DNA from: Phycisphaerales bacterium
GTDB lineage: Bacteria > Planctomycetota > Phycisphaerae > Phycisphaerales > UBA1924
Assembly (NCBI GenBank): GCA_965227775.1
Contig: OZ245777.1
Coordinates: 2,432,001-2,496,000 of the forward strand
Direction: 5' to 3'
Length of the DNA: 64,000 nt
Shown one piece after another: positions 9,938 through 20,964 of this stretch; positions within the stretch are counted from its first letter, which is position 1, and every line of letters begins with the position of its first letter. The position numbers and the translations under genes were made by a program. The notes under the pieces are model-generated. The model was not told the DNA's origin. It saw nothing but the letters and a program-made list of their open reading frames with translations, and did no database searches.

Positions 9938-10327
9938 GTGAACCTACCCGAAGTCGCCAAGTGGCAGAAGATCCTGCTCTTTATCGTACTTGCTTGGATC
10001 ATCCTGATCGTGGCGAGCGTTGCCCTCGCGGCAACCGGAAACCTGAACACGCCAGCTCCCGCTGGTACTCCGCCGAGCCCGACGGCGCTCAGCCTCGTCT
10101 TGAACGTCGTGAGCCTCATTTTGGCGATTGGTGCGATTGTCTCGGTGATCCTCATCGGCGGAGCGCTCGGTTGGGGCGTTTTGCCCCGTGTGATATGCGC
10201 CCTGCTCATGTTCTGCCCAATCGTGAACATCATCACGCTGCTGGTGATCATCACCAAGGCCACGGCCGCTCTGAAGGCTGGCGGATACAAGGTTGGCCTG
10301 ATGGGCGCGCAAGGCCCACCGGCCTGA
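9938..10327 (+). CDS. Small membrane protein (3-4 TM), hypothetical
   Basis: GTG after AAGGGGG; hydrophobic segments; ends ALKAGGYKVGLMGA. Confidence 0.7.
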   Translation: MNLPEVAKWQKILLFIVLAWIILIVASVALAATGNLNTPAPAGTPPSPTALSLVLNVVSLILAIGAIVSVILIGGALGWGVLPRVICALLMFCPIVNIITLLVIITKATAALKAGGYKVGLMGAQGPPA

Positions 10328-10342
10328 GGCGACCAACGACGC

Positions 10343-11011
10343 GTGAGCAATACCAAACCTATTCCTGATGGTTTCACCCCGCTGAACCCGTACCGGCCCG
10401 AGGGCTCTCCCCTCGAGGCCGCCCGGCGGTTCTACGAGATCATGGACCGCCGCCGCACCGTGCGGATGTTCAGCGACGAGCCCGTGCCTCGCGAGGTCAT
10501 CGAGCAGTGCGTTCTGGCGGCCAGTACGGCCCCGAGCGGCGCGCACAAGCAGCCTTGGCGGTTCGTCGTGGTGGGTGGGGCGGAACTCAAGAGCAAGATC
10601 CGCGCTGCGGCCGAAGAAGAAGAACGTGAGTTCTACGGCCGGCGTGCGAGCGACGAGTGGCTCGAGGACCTCCGCCCGTTCGGCACCGATGACCAGAAGC
10701 CGTTCCTCGAAATCGCCCCGTGGCTGATTGTCGTCTTCAAGCTCGCCAAGACGGACGACGGGGGCCAGACGTACTACACCAACGAGTCGGTCGGTATCGC
10801 GACGGGCATGCTGCTCGCTGCGCTGCACCAGGCCGGCCTCGCGACGCTAACGCACACGCCCAGCCCCATGGGTTTCCTGCGAGAGGTGCTCGGTCGGCCG
10901 GACCACGAGCGGCCTTTCCTGCTCATCCCCGTTGGGTACCCGGCTGACGACGCGGTGGTGCCGATATTGCAGCGGAAGCCGCTCGACGAGATCAGCGTGT
11001 GGCACGAGTAG
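10343..11011 (+). CDS. Nitroreductase family, iodotyrosine deiodinase-like
   Basis: RRTVRMFS, TAPSGAHKQPW, IRAAAEEEEREFY, KPFLEIAPWLI, GLATLTHTPSPM, LLIPVGYP. Confidence 0.9.
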   Translation: MSNTKPIPDGFTPLNPYRPEGSPLEAARRFYEIMDRRRTVRMFSDEPVPREVIEQCVLAASTAPSGAHKQPWRFVVVGGAELKSKIRAAAEEEEREFYGRRASDEWLEDLRPFGTDDQKPFLEIAPWLIVVFKLAKTDDGGQTYYTNESVGIATGMLLAALHQAGLATLTHTPSPMGFLREVLGRPDHERPFLLIPVGYPADDAVVPILQRKPLDEISVWHE

Positions 11012-11017
11012 CCGGCG

Positions 11018-12805
11018 TTAGCTCGCCCGACCGGTGAACCTGTCAAACCCCAGCGCGGCGATTCCCAGCGAGACTGCGCCGACGGCCGACAGCGCGATGG
11101 CGTTCACCAATACCACACTGGTGAACGTGGCCGCCCGCATTGTGTCATTGGAATTGATCTTCTCGTAGCGAAGGAAGTAGTTGAACCGATCCCACTCGGC
11201 GGTGGCGGTCGTGCTGGCTTCCGCGAGCAGAAGGAACGGGTTGGAGAACAGCATCAGGTCGCTCAACACCTCGCTTCGATCGCCGTAGCTGCTGTAGAAC
11301 CCAAACTCCATATACGCATTGATCCCGATGGGCACGCCCAAGAAGAGCACCAGCGGCACGGCCACATTGAGGACCGACGCGGTGACACCCCGCTTGCACA
11401 CGAAACCAAAGAGCACGCCCGTGCCGGCGAGCATGAGCATAAGGCCGCCAATCAGCAGGGCCGCGTGCAGCACGGCGATGGGGTGGTACCAACCGGTCGC
11501 CATCACCAGGATCAGGTGGAACGCGATGACCGCCGGTACGAGCCACAAGCGTCGCACCGACCCGAGCGCCTTGCCGAGCACGACCTGCCAGGGCCTGACG
11601 GGCGTGGTGAGCAGCACGCTCCAACTGCCCGCGTCGCGCTCGCTGCTGATCGCGGTAGGCGTCGAAAGCGCGCCCTGCACGGTCATCGCGAGCGCGGCGA
11701 TCATGAGCAGCGTCGTCGTAAGGCCGGTGTGGCTCATACCCGCAACGGCGTAGAGGAACAGCAGGATGCCGATGCCGATGCCAAAGGCCGTGAGCGTGCG
11801 CTTGCCGTTGCCCAGCGCCGTCTGGCGGAGTTCTCTCCACAAGACCGGGCGATCACCAACGGCCCGGCTGTCACGATCGGTTGCCTCGCTCGCATTCACC
11901 GACGCTTCGCCTGTTGGTGCGAGGAGGCGTGCGACCACGCGACGCTCTTCGGTGCCGCTCGCTTCGCGCTTGAGCACGCTACGGAGGACGTAGACCGAGA
12001 AGAGCACGACCGCGATCGAGACCAGCGAGAGGTACGCCAGCGTGAAGACCCAGAAGTCGCGTACGCTCGCGACGGAGGGACCGACGATCTCTTCGGGCGA
12101 GAGGACGACGATGAGTGCCACCGGCGCGATGCACTTGAAGAACACGTTGTCCTGATTAGGCACCACGCTCCACTCGGTTGCCATCATCCCAAGCCATGGG
12201 AGGAAGACCAGCACCGCTGTGGAGCACAGCGCGAAGAACACGACCGATGGGGTGCGGCGATGCCAGATGCTGAACATGAGGGCGAGCGACGCCCCGAGCA
12301 TGCCTACGCCCAACGCGAGCGCGACGGTCGCGAAGATCGCCTCGGCTTCGACACCGCCGAAAACGCGTAGGGCGAGCAGCAGCGGCGTTGGCACGAGAGC
12401 CAGGATGACGAGCTGCACCGTCCGTGAGCCCAACTTGCCCAGGATGATGTCGCGACTCGTGAGGGGGGTTGTGAGCAACGTCGAGAGCGTGCGTTGCCGC
12501 TTCTCGTCCGCGATCGCTCCCGCCGTGAGCACCGGCGCGATGAGGGCGAGCACGAACATCTGAACGGCAGCGACCGTCGTCAGCATCGCCGGCGCGACAA
12601 ACTCGAGGATGGACTGTTGGGCATACAAGCCGCTCTGATTTGTGTCCCACACGCCCAAGAAGACCAGCGACACGATGCCCAGCAATAGAAGGGTGTACCC
12701 CGCACGCACCCAGTATGGGGCGCGCCGCCGGCCGAGGGCGCGAACCTCTCGCTGGAAAATCGGGCCCACGAACATCCGCATGAGCGACCGAGGCAGGCCA
12801 AGCAT
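11018..12805 (-). CDS. ABC transporter permease with two ABC-2-like halves
   Basis: PIFQREVR, AGAIADEKRQRTLSTLLTTPL..IILGKL; second half AISSERDAGSWSVLLTTP..VLGKA. Start approximate. Confidence 0.85.
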   Translation of the reverse strand: MLGLPRSLMRMFVGPIFQREVRALGRRRAPYWVRAGYTLLLLGIVSLVFLGVWDTNQSGLYAQQSILEFVAPAMLTTVAAVQMFVLALIAPVLTAGAIADEKRQRTLSTLLTTPLTSRDIILGKLGSRTVQLVILALVPTPLLLALRVFGGVEAEAIFATVALALGVGMLGASLALMFSIWHRRTPSVVFFALCSTAVLVFLPWLGMMATEWSVVPNQDNVFFKCIAPVALIVVLSPEEIVGPSVASVRDFWVFTLAYLSLVSIAVVLFSVYVLRSVLKREASGTEERRVVARLLAPTGEASVNASEATDRDSRAVGDRPVLWRELRQTALGNGKRTLTAFGIGIGILLFLYAVAGMSHTGLTTTLLMIAALAMTVQGALSTPTAISSERDAGSWSVLLTTPVRPWQVVLGKALGSVRRLWLVPAVIAFHLILVMATGWYHPIAVLHAALLIGGLMLMLAGTGVLFGFVCKRGVTASVLNVAVPLVLFLGVPIGINAYMEFGFYSSYGDRSEVLSDLMLFSNPFLLLAEASTTATAEWDRFNYFLRYEKINSNDTMRAATFTSVVLVNAIALSAVGAVSLGIAALGFDRFTGRAS

Positions 12806-12822
12806 TCGCGCGACAACCCGGA

Positions 12823-13755
12823 TCACTGCACGTTGCCCTTTGTTAGGCGCAGGAACGCGTCTTCGAGCCTTGCTTCCTCGGGGCGTATCGCGCCGATGCG
12901 CGCGCCTGCGGCAACCAGCTTCTCGACGAGAAAGTGCCTCGAGTCGACCTCGGGCCCAAGGTCGACCGTGATCGAGGAGCCGTTCGTCGACACCCGCATG
13001 ACGCGGCCATCGCTCTCGAGCGCCGCGGCGGCAACCTCGGTCGACACCCCTCCCTCGATGCTGATGCGCACGCGGTCGCCGAGGGATGCCTTCTTGTACG
13101 CGTCTTCCAGGCTGCCCGAGAACAACAGCTTGCCCTTCTCGATGATGCCGATCGAGTTGCACAGCTCGGCGAGCTCGGTGAGGATGTGGCTCGAGATCAT
13201 GATCGACTTGCCCATGCGTCCGAGCTCGGCCAGCAGCGTGCGCATCTCGATGCGTGCGCGCGGGTCGAGTCCGCTAGCGGGCTCGTCGAGCAGCAGCACT
13301 TTGGGATCGTGGATGAGTACGCGCGCCACGCCGAGCCGTTGCGTCATGCCGCGGCTGAGCCCGTCGACCGGACTCCGCCGCTTGTCGGCAAGATCGGTAA
13401 GCTCAAGCACGCCCTCGACAACGGTCTTTCGCTCCTTGCGAGGAATCTCGAACGCTGATGCGAAGAACTGGAGGTACTCGTCGACGGTAAGGTCTTCATA
13501 CACACCCAGGAAGTCGGGCATGTAGCCGATGAGCCGGCGGATGGTTGCGCCCTCGGTTCGCACGTCATGGCCGTCGACGGTGGCCTTGCCTGAGTCGGCC
13601 TTCATGAGGCAGGCGAGGATCTTCATCGTCGTGCTCTTGCCCGCGCCGTTGGGGCCGATGAATCCAAAGACCTCGCCCGGCCCGATGTCCAGCGACAGGT
13701 CGTCGAGCGCGAGGAGCTTGCCGTAGCGCTTGGTCAGGTTGCGTGCCTCGATCAT
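12823..13755 (-). CDS. ABC transporter ATP-binding protein
   Basis: Walker A GPNGAGKST, signature LSRGM, Walker B LLLDEP, H-loop SSH. Confidence 0.95.
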   Translation of the reverse strand: MIEARNLTKRYGKLLALDDLSLDIGPGEVFGFIGPNGAGKSTTMKILACLMKADSGKATVDGHDVRTEGATIRRLIGYMPDFLGVYEDLTVDEYLQFFASAFEIPRKERKTVVEGVLELTDLADKRRSPVDGLSRGMTQRLGVARVLIHDPKVLLLDEPASGLDPRARIEMRTLLAELGRMGKSIMISSHILTELAELCNSIGIIEKGKLLFSGSLEDAYKKASLGDRVRISIEGGVSTEVAAAALESDGRVMRVSTNGSSITVDLGPEVDSRHFLVEKLVAAGARIGAIRPEEARLEDAFLRLTKGNVQ

Positions 13756-15842
13756 GGCGTGCGCTCCACAGGGATGGCGATGCGGGTGACCCACAGCGTC
13801 TCGAACGTCTCGGCGACATTGGCAGCGATGAGCGGATCATCGCCGTCCCAGGCGAGGTAGACGACTGCCCAATCGTCGGTGTCGCTCAAGGCCTCGAAGC
13901 TCTTGGTGCGATTCGCCGGGCCGCGAAGCTCCAGCGTGAGTGACGGCGGCGGACGTCGATCGACGTCACCGTACATGAACGGCCGGAGTCCGTCCCGTGA
14001 CCCGAGCAGGTGGTCGATGTCGAACGACCGCGGGGGTTGCGCGACGAGGTCTCGGCGAATCGCATGCAGGATGAGGTCCGAACCATCACGCCGCGGAGAG
14101 CCCCCGGGCAAGAGGTGCAGCCAGCGGCCACCGGTCCGCACGGCGATCGTCTCAACGCGTTCGGCTATGGGCCCGCGCAGACGGAGCTCGAATCGGTCGC
14201 GACCCTCAGCAAAGTCAACGCCCAACGGCAGCGTCGTTGGGCCTTGTTGCTCGAAGCTGCGCGTGGTCCAGAGACGGGCAGTCGTGGGCTGAGTCGCGGG
14301 TGCGGCGTTGGTCGAGACGCTGGTCAGCGAGCCCATGCCCGTGTATTGCCACGGGTGCACGGCCGGCGAGAGCCAGGCCGTTTGATCAAGACTGTCGAAC
14401 TCGATAGCGGCCGAGCGATTCAGGAAGATGCCGCTGATGGTCGTTTGCCAGGAATGCACCGTGCCCGTTGTGTCCTGCCACGCATCGACGGTGCGAATGT
14501 TGCCGACGGTGGTGGGGCCCGAGCGGACGTAGGAAGGCGCGAGCCAGGCGCCAACTGTTGCCAGGGCGATCCATGCGATCGCTGTCAACCACCAGCGGTG
14601 CAGCGATCGCAGACGTCTGAGTGCAAACCTGTCGATCGGTCCGAGGGCGATTGCAAGGCCGAGCATCATCGCGAAAATCGCCAGGAACGCACCCATGCCG
14701 ACGACGGGCGCCCGGGATACCCAGCCCAACGCGGCTTGCATGGAAACGGTGCCGAGCGACGTGCCGTCCCACCGGGAAGCGCCCAGCATGCGACGGCCTT
14801 CTTCGAGCCGGTCCGTGATCAGCGGGGCCATGATCGCGTGCCACGCCGTCTCGGCTGCGGCGATGCGATCGTTGTTCGCGTGCGCATCGGGATCGAAGCC
14901 GACGATGGAGACCGTACCGAGGCCCACGGGTCCGCTGGCGGTGAAGCCTTGTTCGTCGGTTCTCCAGGCGGGAGGTACATCGGTTTGCTCAAACGTCCGA
15001 ACCGCCATCGAGATGGGCCCGCCGAGTGTGTCTGGCAACTGAACTTCGCGTAACTGTCCGAGCGCGAGTCCCTGCGGCGCGTGCTGGGCAAGGACGAGCC
15101 GAATCGCGCTGCTACTGGCGTTTACGATCATCAGGCGGCCGCCCGAGATCACCCATTCGCGGATGGCGGCAAGCGCATCGGGAGGGAGTCGATCGGCGAT
15201 TGCGCCATCAATGACGAGCGCTGCGACGCCCTGATACGCCATGGCTTCCGTTGGCAACCATGGGGGCAGGCCCACGGCGGGCGGGACCGCTGATGCAACG
15301 CGTGCCACAGCGGCGCGAGATCGATCGATATCGCCGCCTGGCCCAGAAAAGTCCCGCTCATAACTGTCTCGCCCGAATGCCAACCTCAGCGAGGGAGACC
15401 CGACACCAAGAATGATGGGCATGGCCGTCGGCGGTTCGAGCCCCACGGCCTGCGCTCCGGCCAGCGTGCCATACGAGGTCGTTGCGATGCGGGTCCCGGA
15501 CTCGGCAAGCAATTCGATCTGGATGCTCGCGATGGTCGGCGGAATCCAGATCGTGGCGGGCACGATCGTCTCTCGGCCTGGTGTCGTCGTCACGGGTACG
15601 AGCGTCGTTAGCGTGTCGCTGCCCGAGTTGATGCGAATTCGGGCCATGCCTTGCACCGGCTCTTCCAACGGGCTGACAACGACGCGAATGGGCGCCCAGC
15701 GTTCGGCCGGGAGCGTGCCACTGAAACCCAGATCTAGAAGCACGGTGGGCGCGCTGGGAAGCGTGCTGTCTTGCGCACGAGATTGGCCGATCGCGGCGAG
15801 CCACGCGCATGCGAAAGCCGCGATGAACGCCGCCAATCTCAT
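13752..15842 (-). CDS. Secreted/membrane protein of the vWA-MoxR-ABC operon
   Basis: Signal peptide; IREWVISGGRL (GATase-like fold segment); two central TMs; 4-nt overlaps with both neighbours. Confidence 0.7.
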   Translation of the reverse strand: MRLAAFIAAFACAWLAAIGQSRAQDSTLPSAPTVLLDLGFSGTLPAERWAPIRVVVSPLEEPVQGMARIRINSGSDTLTTLVPVTTTPGRETIVPATIWIPPTIASIQIELLAESGTRIATTSYGTLAGAQAVGLEPPTAMPIILGVGSPSLRLAFGRDSYERDFSGPGGDIDRSRAAVARVASAVPPAVGLPPWLPTEAMAYQGVAALVIDGAIADRLPPDALAAIREWVISGGRLMIVNASSSAIRLVLAQHAPQGLALGQLREVQLPDTLGGPISMAVRTFEQTDVPPAWRTDEQGFTASGPVGLGTVSIVGFDPDAHANNDRIAAAETAWHAIMAPLITDRLEEGRRMLGASRWDGTSLGTVSMQAALGWVSRAPVVGMGAFLAIFAMMLGLAIALGPIDRFALRRLRSLHRWWLTAIAWIALATVGAWLAPSYVRSGPTTVGNIRTVDAWQDTTGTVHSWQTTISGIFLNRSAAIEFDSLDQTAWLSPAVHPWQYTGMGSLTSVSTNAAPATQPTTARLWTTRSFEQQGPTTLPLGVDFAEGRDRFELRLRGPIAERVETIAVRTGGRWLHLLPGGSPRRDGSDLILHAIRRDLVAQPPRSFDIDHLLGSRDGLRPFMYGDVDRRPPPSLTLELRGPANRTKSFEALSDTDDWAVVYLAWDGDDPLIAANVAETFETLWVTRIAIPVERTP

Positions 15843-17941
15843 ATCTGTACCTTCCGGTTGTAGACGTACCACTCGAGCATCATGACCGCCAGGGCCGCGG
15901 CGATGAGCCAGGGCCAGAGCGGTTGCGGAGCCCGATCGCGACCATCCTGATCGACCGCAGCGCCCACACGTTCGGTGCGTATCACCAACTCGCGCTTCGG
16001 CGTGACATCCGAAGCCTGGCTGCTGGCGAGATTGACCGCGAAGCGGCGCTCGCTGCGGCTCCCGTCGATTGTGTCGCTCGGGCCTGGGGGGCCGTCCCAT
16101 GCCAGGGTATAGAGGCCGATCTCATTCAGCGGACCGGCGATAGCCTGTCCCGAATCGTCGACGGCGATGGTGAATCGGTCTCCAGCAGGTGGCAACAGCT
16201 GTGCCGTGTCGACGCCGGTCGGTAGGGTCTCGCCGCGCGCGACACCCGGCCGGCTTGCGGGGCGGGCATCGCCCGGTCCGCCATCGGTGACATGGCGGAC
16301 CGACTGGCCGAGGAACACAATAAAGCTGGGCTCGAGCCACCAGTTGCTCTCGTCGATGTCCCACGGCACGACGACTGCACGTGTGCGTGCCGAAGACAAC
16401 CCGACGATTGCCGGACCGACGCCGGCGGACGCGATCACCGTTGCTGATCCATCTTCGCTGGTTTCGACGAGGCGGCTCTTGGCCAAACGCACGGCCGAGA
16501 GCGCAAGACCGCGGAGCGTTGGGTGATCACGGCGCCAATCAACAATCTCCGTCGGAGCGCCCTCGCCCCGATCGATGAGCGAAGACGGCCCGGTTGGAAC
16601 AGCATCGAAGACCAGCCAACTTCCAGGAGGCAGTCCCAAATCGCTGCCTTCGGGAACATCTGGCAGCCATCCATCGAGCACTACGACGTCGAAGCGGCTG
16701 AACGGGTCGTCGATCGACTCGAACGACTCTGGCGTGAACACCTCCACCCGCTCGACGGGCAGGGCCGACAGCGCGTCGCTAAGCACGAGGCTGCCATACG
16801 TCACCAGCGCGAGTCGCAGCCGCTTGGCGCCCGGGAGTACGACCCAGGCCTGGTCATCGCGGTCAAACACGTCCGGTGCATCACCGGTCGAGGCATCAAG
16901 AATGCGCGCTTCGATGACCGCCGCGCCGGGCCGTCGGACCTGGAACTCAACGCCGCTGGAAGTCGCGGTGACCAGCTCGACTGCCTCTCCGTCTTCGGTT
17001 GTTCGCTGCTCGATCGTCGCGGGCGGCAACGCAAGGCGGCGGGCGGCGACGGTGTTGCCATCGATCAACAACTCGACCGCAACGCTCGATTGCTCTCGCA
17101 TGGTCGACTGGAGCCCGACGAGGACGGAGACCTCTTCCGGCTGGCGGAGCTGGCGTCGGGCATCAAGAGCGGTGATACCGAGGTTTCCGGTCGCGGTCTG
17201 GCCCAGTGAAATGAACGACACCTCGTCCGCCGCGTGCAGGTCGACGGCTTCGCCGCCCTCGGGCCGTCCGTCGCTGAACACGTGGATCGTGCCCACGCTG
17301 CCGGGTAGTGGCTCGGCCGCTTCACCCTCGGCCTCGGCCGGCGGGGCTTGCAGCGGCGCTTGAGCGCGGACAAGCCGGAGCGGCTCATCGAGACGACTGG
17401 GTGCGTCGCTCGGCTCGATCGATTCGATCGCTTCGCGAAGCAGCCGCTTGTCGGTGGTAAACGGCTGGAGCATCTCGGCCGTGCTATCGAACCCGACGAC
17501 CATGGCCTGATCGGCCTCGGTCACGCCAAAGACGCCCGGCTCGCGGAGCGTCTCGACGAATTCGAGCGCACGGCGCTTGGCTTCATCGAGCCTGGTGATC
17601 GCATTGCCGTTCTCGTCAACGCCGTCGACGACCCGCATAGAAGCACCCCGATCGATGACGATCGCATGCCGGCCCGTGGCCGTCCGCTCGCCCTCGATCT
17701 GCGGCTGCCCGAGCGCCAGGAGCACGGCAGCGAGCGCGAGCAACTGCAGGAGCAAGAGGATGTTCTTACGGAGCCGCTGGAACGGCGCATTTGCCTGCAG
17801 ATCCTGCACGGCCTTCTTCCACAAGAGTGTGGAGCTGATCTCGATGTCCTGGCGCCGCAGCTTCAGGAAGTACAGCAACAGCATGCTCGGCACCGCAATG
17901 GCTGCCGCGATGCCGGCGATGGTGGGGGTGAGCCAGGTCAT
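15839..17941 (-). CDS. BatA/vWA domain-containing protein
   Basis: N-terminal LLLYFLKLRR..SSTLLW..PFQRLRKNILLLLQLL; degenerate MIDAS DRGASM, VFSDG; C-terminal LWPWL..LEWY. Confidence 0.85.
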   Translation of the reverse strand: MTWLTPTIAGIAAAIAVPSMLLLYFLKLRRQDIEISSTLLWKKAVQDLQANAPFQRLRKNILLLLQLLALAAVLLALGQPQIEGERTATGRHAIVIDRGASMRVVDGVDENGNAITRLDEAKRRALEFVETLREPGVFGVTEADQAMVVGFDSTAEMLQPFTTDKRLLREAIESIEPSDAPSRLDEPLRLVRAQAPLQAPPAEAEGEAAEPLPGSVGTIHVFSDGRPEGGEAVDLHAADEVSFISLGQTATGNLGITALDARRQLRQPEEVSVLVGLQSTMREQSSVAVELLIDGNTVAARRLALPPATIEQRTTEDGEAVELVTATSSGVEFQVRRPGAAVIEARILDASTGDAPDVFDRDDQAWVVLPGAKRLRLALVTYGSLVLSDALSALPVERVEVFTPESFESIDDPFSRFDVVVLDGWLPDVPEGSDLGLPPGSWLVFDAVPTGPSSLIDRGEGAPTEIVDWRRDHPTLRGLALSAVRLAKSRLVETSEDGSATVIASAGVGPAIVGLSSARTRAVVVPWDIDESNWWLEPSFIVFLGQSVRHVTDGGPGDARPASRPGVARGETLPTGVDTAQLLPPAGDRFTIAVDDSGQAIAGPLNEIGLYTLAWDGPPGPSDTIDGSRSERRFAVNLASSQASDVTPKRELVIRTERVGAAVDQDGRDRAPQPLWPWLIAAALAVMMLEWYVYNRKVQI

Positions 17942-18300
17942 GACTTGGCTCCTATCGCATTCATCAGCTCTCGCGCCGGTCCGTAGTCCGGATGGCGTTC
18001 CTGTAGGGATGAGAGTACCTCTTCGGCACGCTGGATGTCGCCAGCCTTGTGCACTAATCGAGCAAAGTGGACGGCAACATCACTCATGCGTGGCGCTACC
18101 GCATAACTTGCGGCTGCGTAAAGGAGAGCCATAGGCGCGTCGTCCAATGCTGCGACACAACGCGAGAGCCACAGGCCTGTCTTGCCGTGGGGAAGTAGCT
18201 TCCAAGACTCTTCGAGCACCGGCAGCGCAGAGGACCAATCCCCGCGATGAGCAAGTTCAGAACCTTGGCAATAGAGCTCGTAGGCGCGATCGCTGGTCAT
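17938..18300 (-). CDS. Small TPR-like protein
   Basis: Helical TPR-like pattern (ALPVLEESWKLLP, AEEVLSSLQERHPDYGPARELM); ATGA overlaps at both ends. Confidence 0.7.
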   Translation of the reverse strand: MTSDRAYELYCQGSELAHRGDWSSALPVLEESWKLLPHGKTGLWLSRCVAALDDAPMALLYAAASYAVAPRMSDVAVHFARLVHKAGDIQRAEEVLSSLQERHPDYGPARELMNAIGAKS

Positions 18301-19226
18301 CGCAGTACCCCACGCTTGCGCAGGTAGTCCATCAGCAGCGTGTCGATGGGCGTGTCGCTGCGCACGGTCATGTGGGTGATCTCGCGGGCGGCACAGAAGT
18401 GCTGGACTTCGCGCATGTAGGCCTCGACAACCTTCTTGTATCGCTTGAGAAGGGGCGCCGAGATGGTGACCTCCGCGTAGTCGCGGTCCTCGACATCGCG
18501 CAAGCGCAGGTCACCACCGACGGTCGGGGCAAGCTCTTGCGGGCTCATGACCTGCAGCACGATGAGGTCGTACCCACGACCAGCGAGCAGGCGCAGGCCG
18601 TCCTGGTAGCCCTCCTTGATGAGCAGGTCGCTGAGGACGACCATGACGCCCTTGCCGGTACGCGAGAGGGCGATGCGCTTGCAAGCATCTGTGAACGGCA
18701 GGTCGCCGCCCGGCTCGAGGCTGCACATCCAGCGGCCCATCTCGTGGACGCGACGCCGGCCTCTGAGATTGCGCACGCTGGTGAGCACGCCCGTTCCATC
18801 CTCGGCTCGCGCGATGGCAGTCGCAGAAACGCGATTGAGGTTCACCAGACCGATGTACCCCAGCGCCATCGCGGCACGCTGCATGAACGTGAACTTGTTC
18901 GGCGATCCGCAGTCGGCGGATCCGCTGCAATCAAGAACAACGTGCAGCGAGAGGTCTTCCTCTTCCTGGAACAACTTGAGGAACAGGCGATCAAGGCGGC
19001 CGTAGATATTCCAGTCGACGTGCCGAAGATCATCGCCGCTGACGTATGGCCTGTGGTCGGCAAACTCGACGGACTCGCCGCGCTTCTTGCTGCGCCGCTC
19101 GCCCTGGACCTTGCCGCGGAAGATCTTGCCGCTCTGGAGGTCAACACGCGACAACTGCGCCACAAGATTGGCATCGAGCAAATCGTCGACGGTCGCGGGG
19201 CGTTTTGGGGAGGCGTCCTTGAGCAT
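18297..19226 (-). CDS. DUF58 domain protein
   Basis: GERRSKKRGESVEFADHRPYVSGDDLRHVDWN, LFLKLFQEEED, VLDCSGS. Confidence 0.92.
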   Translation of the reverse strand: MLKDASPKRPATVDDLLDANLVAQLSRVDLQSGKIFRGKVQGERRSKKRGESVEFADHRPYVSGDDLRHVDWNIYGRLDRLFLKLFQEEEDLSLHVVLDCSGSADCGSPNKFTFMQRAAMALGYIGLVNLNRVSATAIARAEDGTGVLTSVRNLRGRRRVHEMGRWMCSLEPGGDLPFTDACKRIALSRTGKGVMVVLSDLLIKEGYQDGLRLLAGRGYDLIVLQVMSPQELAPTVGGDLRLRDVEDRDYAEVTISAPLLKRYKKVVEAYMREVQHFCAAREITHMTVRSDTPIDTLLMDYLRKRGVLR

Positions 19227-19228
19227 GG

Positions 19229-19879
19229 TTAGCAGTAGAGTTCTTCTAGCGACTGATACGCAAGCCGTTCGCCGACCAGCGAACGAAGATCTTCGACAAG
19301 TGGCTGCACTGCCTTGTCGAACGCCCGAAGCATCTCCTTGTATTGGTTGTCGTGTTCCTCGAAGGCGTCAGAAAATGTCCCATCGAGAGACGGATGCGCG
19401 AAGAGCTCTTCTCGCTGGTCATACATACTGGACAGATGGTCGGCTTCGATGAGGGCGTGCATAACTCTCGATGCGAAGTGGAGCCATCCGAGATCGTCGT
19501 TTCCATTGAGCGCGTTCGGCTCGATTCCAAGGAGCCGCAACGGAACCGGGTCGCCGTAAGGAGGGCCACAGATAGGCGAGATGCCCCATTTTGAGTCGAA
19601 GTTGATCCACAAAGACGAGCGATTGTCCAGCGACTCACTGAGCTCAGCTGCGGTGGTTTCTGAAAGCGACTTGTGGGCTAGGTTGGTTGGTGCGGTCTCG
19701 AGCAGAGCCCTTTGGCTCTCGGGCTCGGTCGTAGTAACGAAGCGGAGGTACACACCTGATTCCATTGCAATGGAATCAACGCGCGTTTGAGAGGCAAGCA
19801 AGTTAGCGCGCAGCGGATAGATCAGGTAGCAACCACCCTCCGAGCGATCCGCGTACTGCGCCGTTGCCTCAACAATCAT
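19229..19879 (-). CDS. Hypothetical protein with atypical codon usage
   Basis: 216-aa ORF filling the moxR-DUF58 gap; no motif recognised. Confidence 0.6.
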   Translation of the reverse strand: MIVEATAQYADRSEGGCYLIYPLRANLLASQTRVDSIAMESGVYLRFVTTTEPESQRALLETAPTNLAHKSLSETTAAELSESLDNRSSLWINFDSKWGISPICGPPYGDPVPLRLLGIEPNALNGNDDLGWLHFASRVMHALIEADHLSSMYDQREELFAHPSLDGTFSDAFEEHDNQYKEMLRAFDKAVQPLVEDLRSLVGERLAYQSLEELYC

Positions 19880-19889
19880 GACACTGATT

Positions 19890-20939
<1,050 letters not shown>

Positions 20940-20964
20940 GGTGATTCACTCCTGCCTGGCGGTG

